A DNA stretch of 62,955 nt, the filler included, from Reclinomonas americana ATCC 50394 (lineage: Eukaryota): assembly GCA_048213135.1 (NCBI GenBank). It is 7 parts of 4 records of this genome, joined end to end, with 100 filler letters (N's around TTAATTAATTAA, not from the genome) between each part and the next. Parts side by side here need not be neighbours in the genome. Positions count along the whole stretch, not along the records: positions 50,566 to 57,663 come from PS015227.1; positions 57,764 to 61,066 come from PS015228.1; positions 61,167 to 62,955 come from PS015238.1; 4 more parts are not named here. One strand, written 5' to 3'. The translations under genes were made by a program, and so were the position numbers. Positions 51,344 through 61,167 of this stretch are shown piece after piece; the first letter of the stretch is position 1, and every line of letters begins with the position of its first letter. The notes under the pieces are model-generated. The model ran no database searches and was not told the DNA's origin. It saw nothing but the letters and a program-made list of their open reading frames with translations.

Positions 51344-52423
51344 ATGTCACTTGCCACCTCCACTCTCCACTGCAGGCGCATTGACGGCCACGGTGGTGCT
51401 GTCACCTGCGTCGCCATCACTCCCGACAGCCAGCACATCGTGAGCGGGAGCGCAGATAAGAAAGTGCGTGTTTGGTGCCTGCGCAGTGGACGACTAGTGC
51501 GGCGATTGGAGGGACACAAGGGATGGGTGGCGTGTGTGGCAGTCTCCCGCGACGGTCAGCATGTTGTGAGTGGGGGCGACGACGGAACAGTGCGGATGTG
51601 GTCACTGGCGAGTGGAGACAAAGTGTGTCGGTGGGGAAGGCACTCTGTACCGGTGTTCTCTGTTGCCATCACCGCCAATGGAGAGCGTGTTGTGAGCGCG
51701 GGCGAGGAAACAGCAGTTCGCGTGTGGTCACTGAGCACAGGAGATGAGGAGCGACGATTCGAGGGACACTCCCGTGCGGTGAACAGTGTCACCGTCGCTC
51801 CCGATGGTCTTCATGTGGTGAGTGGAAGTGAGGATCGCACGGTGCGCGTGTGGTCGCTGGCAAGTGGAGAGGAGGTGCACCGGTTGGAGGGTCACACCGA
51901 TGCGGTGTGGTCGGTCGCAGTCACCCCCGACAGTCAGCATGTGGTCAGCGCAAGTCGCGACAAGTCGATACGAGTGTGGTCGCTGGCAAGTGGGCGAGAA
52001 GTGCGCCGGTTGGAGGGACACACCAGTGCAGTGCATGCTGTTGCCGTCTCCCCCGATGGTGAACATGCGGTGAGCGGGAGCAACGACAAGACAGTGCGTG
52101 TGTGGTCGTTGGCAAGTGGCGAGGAAGTGCACCGGCTGCGAGGGCACACACAGGTGGTGCGCGCAGTCGCTGTTGCTTCCAGTGGACAGCACGTAGTGAC
52201 CGGAAGCAGGGATTGCTTCTTGCGTGTGTGGTCCACGCCGCTTGGCCTCGCCGGGTGGGAGGTGGAAGCCGCTCGCTTGGCCATGGTCGCCGTGCTGGAG
52301 ATGCAAGAGAAAGAGGAGAAGGAAGGAGAGGAGGTAGATCCTCGCTGTCTGGTGGAGACCGTGCTGCGGTGTTTCATTGTTGAAGAAGCGGAGGCAACTC
52401 GCTTCCGTTGCATGCACTTGTGA
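51344..52423 (+). CDS. WD40-tail family member 5: intronless, 7 repeats (359 aa)
   Basis: MSLATSTLHC leader, 7 WD repeats and conserved tail. Confidence 0.9.
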   Translation: MSLATSTLHCRRIDGHGGAVTCVAITPDSQHIVSGSADKKVRVWCLRSGRLVRRLEGHKGWVACVAVSRDGQHVVSGGDDGTVRMWSLASGDKVCRWGRHSVPVFSVAITANGERVVSAGEETAVRVWSLSTGDEERRFEGHSRAVNSVTVAPDGLHVVSGSEDRTVRVWSLASGEEVHRLEGHTDAVWSVAVTPDSQHVVSASRDKSIRVWSLASGREVRRLEGHTSAVHAVAVSPDGEHAVSGSNDKTVRVWSLASGEEVHRLRGHTQVVRAVAVASSGQHVVTGSRDCFLRVWSTPLGLAGWEVEAARLAMVAVLEMQEKEEKEGEEVDPRCLVETVLRCFIVEEAEATRFRCMHL

Positions 52424-52590
52424 TTCCAAAGTCCATCGGCTTTCTCGCTGGTGTTCTTCTCTTCTCTTGTCTTTGTGTACGCAATGAAACGCCACGCACC
52501 TTGTTGGGCGAAAGCAGAGAACGACAACTGCATCATGTCCCATTTCTCCTCGTCCTCCACACATTCTCCCTCTCCCTCGCGCGCCAACCA

Positions 52591-53661
52591 ATGTCACTCG
52601 CCACCTCCACTCTCCACTGCATGACAATGCGTGGACACACCGGAGGAGTGTGGTCAGTTGCCACCACTCCCGATGGTTTGTATGCGGTGAGTGGAAGTGA
52701 GGACCACACAGTGCGCGTGTGGTCATTGGTAAGTGGCGAGGAAGTACGTCGGCTGGAGGGACACACTGACGTTGTGGCATCTGTTGCCGTCACCCCCGAC
52801 GGTCAGCACGTGGTGAGTGGCAGCTGGGACAACACCCTACGTGTTTGGTCTCTGGCGAGTGGAGAGGAGGTGCGACGGTTGGAGGGGCACACTGACTGGG
52901 TGCGGTCCGTTGCCGTCACTCCCGATGGTCTGCATGTGGTGAGTGGCGGTTTCGACCACACAGCTCGTGAGTGGTCACTGGCGACCGGAGAAGAAGTTCG
53001 ACGATTGGAGGGACACGCCGGTGCGGTGAACTGTGTCTCCATCACTCCCGACGGCCAGCACGTTGTGAGTGGGAGCCAGGACTGCACTGTGAGAATGTGG
53101 TCACTGGCGAGTGGGGAGGAAGTGCGACGGATGAAGGGACACAGTGCACCTGTGGTGTCTCTCGTCGTCACTGCCGATGGCCAGCACGTGGTGAGCGGGA
53201 GTGGTCGCTGCACATTGCGGCTGTGGTCGCTGGCTAGCGGGGACGAAGTGCGACGACTTGTGGGGCACGCTGACCTGGTGCTGTCTGTGGCTGTGACTCC
53301 AGATGGCGAGCACGTTGTGAGTTGCGGCTGGGATGGTACCATGCGTGTGTGGTCGCTGGCCAGTGGCGAAGAGGTGCGCCGGTTGGAAAGCCACAAAGGA
53401 ATGGTGCGCTCTGTCGCTGTCACTCCCGACAGCCAGTGTGTTGTTTGCTGTGACATGGATCCGGACGTGCGTGTGTGGTCGACGCCGCTAGGTCTCGCCG
53501 GGTGGGAGGTGGAAGCCGCTCGCTTGGCCATGGTCGCCGTGCAAGAGAAAGAGGAGAAGGAAGGAGAGGAGGTTGATCCCCGCTGCCTCGTGGAGATTGT
53601 GCTGCGGTGTTTCATCGTTGAAGAGGCAGAGGCAACTCGGTTCCGCTGCTTGCGATTGTGA
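52591..53661 (+). CDS. WD40-tail family member 6: intronless, 7 repeats (356 aa)
   Basis: MSLATSTLHC leader, 7 WD repeats and conserved tail. Confidence 0.9.
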   Translation: MSLATSTLHCMTMRGHTGGVWSVATTPDGLYAVSGSEDHTVRVWSLVSGEEVRRLEGHTDVVASVAVTPDGQHVVSGSWDNTLRVWSLASGEEVRRLEGHTDWVRSVAVTPDGLHVVSGGFDHTAREWSLATGEEVRRLEGHAGAVNCVSITPDGQHVVSGSQDCTVRMWSLASGEEVRRMKGHSAPVVSLVVTADGQHVVSGSGRCTLRLWSLASGDEVRRLVGHADLVLSVAVTPDGEHVVSCGWDGTMRVWSLASGEEVRRLESHKGMVRSVAVTPDSQCVVCCDMDPDVRVWSTPLGLAGWEVEAARLAMVAVQEKEEKEGEEVDPRCLVEIVLRCFIVEEAEATRFRCLRL

Positions 53662-53842
53662 TTCCGAAGTCGATCGGCTTTCTCCCCTCGCCGTCGGTTC
53701 TTCTCTTCTCTCTTGTCTTTGTGTGTGCAATGAAACGCTACGCACCTTGTTCTCGGCGGAAGGAGAGAACGACAACTGCATGTCCCATTCCTCCTCGTCC
53801 TCCATCACACACACATTCTCCCTCTTCCTCGCGCGCCAACCA

Positions 53843-54916
53843 ATGTCACTCGCCACCTCCACTCTCCACTGCAAGACGATGCGTGGTCACACCGAAGGAG
53901 TGTGGTCAGTCGCCATCACTCCCGACGGTCTGCACGTGGTGAGTGGAAGTGAGGACCGCAATGTTCGCGTGTGGTCGTTAAAGAGTGGCGAGCATGTGCG
54001 ACGATTGGAGGGACACACTGGAGTTGTAGCATCTCTCGCTGTCACTGCCGACGGCAGGCACGTTATCAGTGGTAGCTGGGACAAGACTGTGCGTGTGTGG
54101 TCACTGGCGAGTGGACAGGAGGTGCGACGGTTGGAGGGGCACACTGACTGGGTGCTGTCCGTTGCCGTCACTCCCGATGGCCAGCACATTGTGTGTGGAG
54201 GTTATGAGATGACAGTGTGGTCACTGGCGAGTGGAGAAAAGGTGTGCCGGTTGGAGGGTCACGCCGGTGTGGTGAACTGTGTCGCCGTCACTCCCGGCGG
54301 CCAGCACGTTGTGAGTGGGAGCCGCGACTGCACTGTGCGTATGTGGTCACTGACCAGTGGCGAAGAGGTGCGACGGATGGAGGGACACGCTGCACCTGTG
54401 GTGTCTCTCGTCGTCACTGCCGACGGTCAGCACGTGGTGAGCGGGAGTGGAGACTACACAGTGCGGCTGTGGTCACTGGCGAGCGGGGACGAAGTGCGAC
54501 GACTTGTGGGGCACGCTGACCTGGTGCTGTCTGTGGCTGTGACTCCCGATGGCGAACACGTTGTGAGTAGCAGCTATGATGGTACGGTGCGTGTGTGGTC
54601 GCTGGCAAGTGGAGAGCAAGTGCGACAGCTGGATGGACATACGGATGCTGTAAGGTCTATTGCCGTGAGTTTCGACGGGCAGCATATTGTCAGTGGGAGT
54701 GTGGACAAGGCGGTGCGTGTGTGGTTCACGCCGCTCGGTCTCGCCAGGTGGGAATCGGAAGCCGCTCGCTCGGCTTTGCTTGCCGTGCAGGAGATGCAGG
54801 GGGAGAAGGAGAAGGAAGGGGAGGAGGTTGATCCCCGCTGTCTGGTGGAGACGGTGCTGCGGTGCTTCATTGTTGAAGAGGCGGAGGCAACTCGGTTCCG
54901 CTGCTTGCGATTATGA
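53843..54916 (+). CDS. WD40-tail family member 7: intronless, 7 repeats (357 aa)
   Basis: MSLATSTLHC leader, 7 WD repeats and conserved tail. Confidence 0.9.
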   Translation: MSLATSTLHCKTMRGHTEGVWSVAITPDGLHVVSGSEDRNVRVWSLKSGEHVRRLEGHTGVVASLAVTADGRHVISGSWDKTVRVWSLASGQEVRRLEGHTDWVLSVAVTPDGQHIVCGGYEMTVWSLASGEKVCRLEGHAGVVNCVAVTPGGQHVVSGSRDCTVRMWSLTSGEEVRRMEGHAAPVVSLVVTADGQHVVSGSGDYTVRLWSLASGDEVRRLVGHADLVLSVAVTPDGEHVVSSSYDGTVRVWSLASGEQVRQLDGHTDAVRSIAVSFDGQHIVSGSVDKAVRVWFTPLGLARWESEAARSALLAVQEMQGEKEKEGEEVDPRCLVETVLRCFIVEEAEATRFRCLRL

Positions 54917-55086
54917 TTCCGAAGTCGACCGGCTTTCTCTTTCTTCGCCGTCGCTTTTCTCTTCTCTCCTGTCTTTGTGTATGCAATGAAACGCCACGCA
55001 CCTTGTTGTTGTTACGAAAGCAGAGAACGACAACTTCATGTCCCGTTGCTCCGCACTCTCCCTCTCCCTTCGTTGCGCGCCAACCA

Positions 55087-56142
55087 ATGTCACTCGCCAC
55101 CTCCACCCTCCACTGCAAGGTACTGCGTGGACATGCTGACGGGGTGTTCTCTGTCGCCGTCTCTCCCGATGGTCAGCACATTATAAGTGGTAGTCATGAC
55201 AAGACAGTGCGCGTGTGGTCACTGGCGATTGGCGCGGAGGTGCGACAGTTGGAGAGTCACGGCAGCCGGGTGACATCTGTTGCTGTCACTCCCGATGGAA
55301 AGCACGTGGTAAGTGGGAGTGATGACCACACAGTGCGTGTGTGGTCGATGGAGAGTGGGGCGGAAGTGCGACGGTTGGAAGGAGCCACTGAAAAGGTGTG
55401 GTCCGTTGCCGTCACTTGCGATGGTCTGCTTGTGGTGAGCGGAGGCTTTGAGTTGGCGGTGTGGTCTCTCGCGAGTGGCAAGGTGGTGAGACGTTTGAGA
55501 GGCCATCGCGCACCGGTGACGTCAGTTGCCGTCACTCTCGACGGTCAGCACGTAGTGAGTGGGATTATGGACAACCGCGTGCGAATGTGGTCACTGGCGA
55601 GTGGAGAGGAGGTGCGACGAATGGAGGGTCACACCAGATGGGTGTACGCTGTCGCTGCCACTCCCGATGGCCAGCACGCTGTGAGTGGGAGTGGAGACAA
55701 GACAGTGCTGTGTGGTCCCTGGCGAGTGGGCAAGAGGTGCGACGATTCGTCGGGCACACCGGCGGTGTGTTATCTGTGGCTGCCACCCCCAGTGGTCTGC
55801 ACATTGTGAGCGGGAGTCGCGACAAAACAGTGCGAGTGTGGTCACTGGCAAGTGGCGAGGAGATGCAGCGGTTGGAGGGGCACACTGACAGCTTGCGATC
55901 GGTGACCGTGAGTCCAGACGGGCAACACGTCGTCAGTGGGAGTCTAGACATGACGGTGCGCGCCCCTTGGTCTCGCGCGACAAGAAGTCGACTGCGCACA
56001 TCGGGCCATGGTCGCCGTGCAGGAGCTACAGGAGAAGGAGGAAGTAGATCGCCGCTGCCTGGTGGAGACTGTGCTGCGGTGCTTCATCGTCGAGGATGCA
56101 GAGGCGATGCTCTTCCGGCACTCTTCCGCAGCAGGCGATTGA
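55087..56142 (+). pseudogene. WD40-tail family member 8, disrupted
   Basis: A 1-nt deletion near 55708 causes a premature stop at 55809, and a deletion near 55960 removes VWST. The tail RCLVETVLRCFIVEDAE is still recognisable. Confidence 0.78.
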
Positions 56143-56284
56143 CAAACATGCCCCACTTTCACTGGATAAAAAAACAACAGTGTACCACCACCACCCCCAT
56201 CACCTACACCGCTCACTCCCTTTGTTTGCTCTCTGCTCCTAATGCATCGAGTAATTATGTTTAGCCGCGCGCACCCTTTCACGG

Positions 56285-57112
56285 CTACCGTGCCGTCTTT
56301 GGTGCAGGCCGTGATGAGGCGGGTGGAGGCGGACCGGGTACAACGTCGCCCGAAGACGGTTCCCTGGCCGACGCAGTTCTACGATAGCGCACGACGAGAG
56401 TGAGAAATAAACACTGACTGCACATGTTCCCCCAGTCGGACAGTAATCTCACCTTGCCGCATATGCCCGGCGCGCACTGGATGACGACGATGATGATGAC
56501 TTGCCGTACACAGCAACTGCTTCCTTCATCGAAAGCTTGGGGACCTGCGCACCCACCGTCAGCATCTACATCACCCCTTTCCTCTCTCCATTCGCCCGTC
56601 GCACGCAACTGTCGGCGTCGTGGCCTTGCCTCGCGCATCAGTCGAATTGCGCCCACTGCCCGTGGCCGCCGCCGTTGCCGCCGAGACAGCTGGCATATCC
56701 GCAGCGCCGCGATTTCGTTTGGTTGAGTGCGGTGTGGTCGACGTGGTGCGCGGACCATTGGCGGCGTCGGCCCCGTACACGGCCGAGAGAGCCGAAAAAG
56801 AGGAGCCCGAGCGAGCCGCCGAGGCGCCGCTGCCTTGAGGTGCGCTGCTCAACGGCAGTAACGTGCTGTCGCCACCGGCGGCCGCCTGAGCCGCGGCGGC
56901 AATGAGCAGCGCTTCCACACTCTGTGCTCGCTGGAAGGGATTCGGTGAGGCGCCGGCCGAGTTGTCGGCCGTGGTTACTGTCACTGACGGAGCAGGTGTG
57001 GAGCCGGAGGGTGTGGCGAGGGCCGGGAAGAGACTGCCGGGACCGCTGCCGCCCGATTTTCCGCCGGTGGCCGAAGCGACGGCGGATGCCGTTGAGGCGG
57101 GGTCGAAGGAGG
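56285..57112 (-). CDS. 3' exons of a low-complexity Ser/Ala/Pro-rich protein
   Basis: Three exons join in frame (..KATTPT|VPKLSMKE..AAR|TASAREP..KTAR*). Confidence 0.55.
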
Positions 57113-57522
57113 CTGCGTGGAGGGCAAGGGAGAGAAGGGAGGGTGAGCAAGGGAAAGATAGAAGAAGGCAAGGGGAGAAAAGAGAGAGTCCAAGGTGGAC
57201 GACGAAGGAAAAGAGGAATCGGAGGTGGAGACATGAGCGGAAAGGGGAGAAAAGAAACTGGGATCTAATGCACTACCTTCTCAAGCATCCTTGCGACATG
57301 CGCCAGTCTGATTCATGAACTCTTTCTCCCACATTTTCCGCCATCGAAACTCCGCCGATCTAAGTGCTTTCTGATGAAACGACTTGCAGACCCACACATG
57401 TGTCTCTCGTGAATGCAATCTTCCTCTGTCTGTTTGCCTCACTCGTCTAAATAGCCAAAACACACTTGGCTTTCAGAGCACGCGATCTACATCGTGCTGT
57501 CCGCCGTCTCTTTCGCTCACTC

Positions 57523-57570
<48 letters not shown>

Positions 57571-57763
57571 CTCTCAAATTTTGTGCTGTTCCGTGCCTCG
57601 TGCAAGTTGAAGGCTGTGTCACAATTGTCGCTTCGCCAAACTGCCGCCTCGCTTGCTCGTTCTNNNNNNNNNNNNNNNNNNNNNNNNNNNNNNNNNNNNN
57701 NNNNNNNTTAATTAATTAANNNNNNNNNNNNNNNNNNNNNNNNNNNNNNNNNNNNNNNNNNNN

Positions 57764-58559
57764 CCAGACGTCGCACCTCGTCGCCACTCGCCAGCGACCA
57801 CACACGCACCGTCTGGTCATCGCTCCCGCTGACGAGGAACTGACCATCGGGAGTGACGGCGACTGATCGCACCCAGTCAGCATGACCCTTCAACTGTCGC
57901 ACCTCTTCACCACTCGACAACGACCACACGCGCATTGTGCAATCAGCGCTGCCACTCACCACATAAAGACCATCGGGTGAGACAGTCACAGACACCACCG
58001 AGGCAGTGTGCCCCTCCATCCGTCGCATTGCCTTGCCAGTGGCCAGAGACCACACTCGCACTGTGTAGTCATCACTCCCACTCACCACGTACTGACCATC
58101 GGGCGTGACAGCCACGCACAGAACCCAGTTCGTGTGTCCCTTCAACCGTCGAACACATTTTCCACTCGCCAGTGACCACAGCCGCACACAGTCGTCGCCA
58201 CTTCCGCTCACCACGTGCAGGCTGTCGGGGGTGATGGCGAGACAGCACAAGTCCGCAGTGAAAGCAATCTGTCGCACCTCTTTGCCACTCGCCACCGACC
58301 ACACTCGCACTGTCTTGTCGTCACCTCCGCTCACAATGTGCTGGCCGTCGGGAGTGACGACGATGGAACACACCCCGTGTGTGTGTCCCTCCAGTCGACG
58401 CACTTCTTCGCCACTCGCCAGCGACCACACACGCACTGTCTTGTCATTGCTTCCACTGACGATTTGTTGACCGTCGGGAGTGATGGTGACAGAATACACC
58501 GTGCGCCTGTGACCGCGCAGGGTTCTACAGAAGAGTACTGAGGGATGAGAAAAAGACAT
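57764..58559 (-). CDS. WD40-tail family member 9 (3' partial, at least 6 repeats)
   Basis: MSFSHPSVLFCRTLRGH leader and six WD repeats, then a gap. Confidence 0.85.
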
Positions 58560-58682
58560 GGGAGGGAGAGGCGTATTTGCGTGCGAGACGGAGACGGATG
58601 AACGAGTGATCATGGGACTGTCTCGACGTTTCAACCCCGCCTTCTTCTATAACAACACTTCATTACTTCCCCCCCAAAGACC

Positions 58683-59958
58683 TCACAGGTGCAGCATGGG
58701 ATCCGCGCCGCATCGAAAGTGCAACATACTGGCCTCCTCCAATATAAAGCACCGCAGCACTTGCTCTGGCAGGCAGCGGCGATCGACTTCCTCACCGCTC
58801 TCCTCCGCTTGCAGCTGCTGCACGGCGAGCATTGCCGAGCGTGCAGCATCCACCTCAAACCTGGCGAGGCCGCAAGGTGTGGACCACACATGCACGTCCA
58901 CGCCACCACAAACAATGTGCTGCCCGTCGGGAGCGACATCCACAGACATTACAAAACCAATGTCGCCTGCCAGACGTCGCACCTCTTTGCCACTCGCCAG
59001 TGACCAGATACGCACAGTGTCGTCATTGCTACCGCTGACAACGAATAGACCATCGGGCGTGACAGCAACTGCTCGCACCCACCCAGTGTGACCCTCCAAC
59101 CGTCGCACCTCATCTCCGCTCTTCAGCGACCACACGCGCACTGTGCGATCATAGCTGCCACTCACCACAAACAGACCATCGGGTGAGACAGCAACAGACC
59201 CCACCATGTCAGTGTGCCCCTCCATCCGTCGCACTTCCTCGCCACTCGCGAGCGACCACACGCGCACTGTCTGGTCAAAACTCCCACTCACCACGTACTG
59301 CCCGTCGGATGTAACAGCAATTGACATCACAGAGGCAGTGTGCCCCTTCAATCGACACACCTCTTTCCCACTCGCCAGCGACCGCACCAGCACACAATCG
59401 CCACCACTTCCGCTCACCACGTGCAGACTGTCGGGGGTGATGGCGAGACAGCAAAAGTCTCCAGNNNNNNNNNNNNNNNNNNNNNNNNNNNNNNNNNNNN
59501 NNNNNNNNNNNNNNNNNNNNNNNNNNNNNNNNNNNNNNNNNNNNNNNNNNNNNNNNNNNNNNNNNNNNNNNNNNNNNNNNNNNNNNNNNNNNNNNNNNNN
59601 NNNNNNNNNNNNNNNNNNNNNNNNNNNNNNNNNNNNNNNNCATCCCTCCCTCTCCCTCCCATGTCTTTCGCTCATCCCTCAGTACTCTTCCGCAGAACCC
59701 TGCGTGGACACAGACGGGAGGTGCACTCAGTCGCCGTCACTCCCGACGGTCAACAAATCATCAGTGGTGGCGACGACAAGACAGTGCGTGTGTGGTCACT
59801 GGCGAGTGGCAAAGTGCGACAGCTGAAAGGACACGCATACGCGGTGTGTTCCGTCGTCGTCACTCCCGATGGTCAGCAAGTTGTGAGTGGGAGGTCGGAC
59901 GGAGTCATTCGAGTGTCGTCACTGGCAAGTGGCGAGGAAGTGCGACAGATGAAGTACA
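58683..59958 (-). CDS. WD40-tail family member 10; its 5' part (59661-59958) is assembled on the plus strand
   Basis: The plus piece ends atg aag tac a and the minus piece starts ct gga gac, giving MKYTGDFCC and matching the paralog IAFTADLCC. Seven repeats in total; tail RCLPEQVLRCFILEEAS..FRC. Confidence 0.8.
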
Positions 59959-60414
59959 NNNNNNNNNNNNNNNNNNNNNNNNNNNNNNNNNNNNNNNNNN
60001 NNNNNNNNNNNNNNNNNNNNNNNNNNNNNNNNNNNNNNNNNNNNNNNNNNNNNNNNNNNNNNNNNNNNNNNNNNNNNNNNNNNNNNNNNNNNNNNNNNNN
60101 NNNNNAGAGGGTGTGTTTGCGTGAGGGTGAAGAGTGGGCGAGTGGGCTCGTGGGACAGCTGTCTCGCAATCGACTTCAACAGTCGCCCTGGCAAGCAAAA
60201 GGATCAGCAAAGCAGACTTCAATACCACTCACACGACGCTGATCACAGCAACTGTCGCCTTGCGACAGAAGCAGTGACACGCAATGGCGGACGTTTTTTG
60301 GCGCCAAAATTGATCACCGTTTCAGCTCGTTTCCTTTTCTTTCGTCATCGCGCGCACATGCATGCCGCTGGCACACGACGTGACTCTCCTCACTCACGCA
60401 CTCGTGCGGTCGAC

Positions 60415-61066
60415 ATGCGCGTGCTTGTCGTCGTCTCCCTCGTCGTCGTTCTCGCACTCGTTCAAACAGCAAGTTGCGCGCGCGCAGCGCTAGCGCGCAG
60501 CGTTGCCTCTCCTCTTTGTGCGACTCTTCCTTTCCACTTACAATGTACTCCTCTCTTGAACTGCTCACAGACGCTCAGACGGTGACCACCGCCGTCGCCA
60601 ACAACATCACTGGCTCGTCCGCCACTCTCAATGCGTGGGTCAATCCCAACAATGTCGCCGGTGGCACCACCAACTCCTTTGAGTGGTCTCCATACTCTGC
60701 CACTCTGGGTGTCTCCTCCTCCACTGTCTCCACCAATGTGGGCACGGCAGGCACCTCAGGAACGACAGATGGTGTTGGTGCAAATGCATTGTTCAATGCA
60801 CCAATGGTGTGGCCGCGCTCGCGGTTGCTCCAGCTGTGCTTCTCATGTGACGCTCTGACATTGCGCGTGTGTGCTCGCTCGACAGGGACTGGCCTTGGAC
60901 GCAGCAGGCAACCTGTACGTGAGCGATTACAAGTTTCGCTGTCGTCTGTCGATTGTTGCTTCGGTTGTCACACCTCCTCTCACTCCTGCACACGCGCGAT
61001 GACAGCAACTGCCGCATTCGACGCATCACACCTGCAGCCACAGTGACTACCTTTGCTGGCAGCACA
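60415..61066 (+). CDS. Secreted protein with an FN3-like start and NHL repeats (3' partial)
   Basis: Signal peptide MRVLVVVSLVVVLALVQTA, then ATLNAWVNPN..FEWS, then DGVGANALFNAPM|GLALDAAGNLYVSDYN|NCRIRRITPAATVTTFAGS. Confidence 0.75.
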
Positions 61067-61167
61067 NNNNNNNNNNNNNNNNNNNNNNNNNNNNNNNNNN
61101 NNNNNNNNNNTTAATTAATTAANNNNNNNNNNNNNNNNNNNNNNNNNNNNNNNNNNNNNNNNNNNNA

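Noticed and set aside
52408-55086. WD40 spacers open in the downstream gene's frame, suggesting a frameshifted or read-through polyprotein
   Set aside because: Frame offsets differ between junctions (-1, +1, -1), and homologous spacer blocks translate in different frames, so there is no coding constraint.
10183-61122. Recurrent TTAATTAATTAA palindrome
   Set aside because: Artificial stop linker embedded in Ns.
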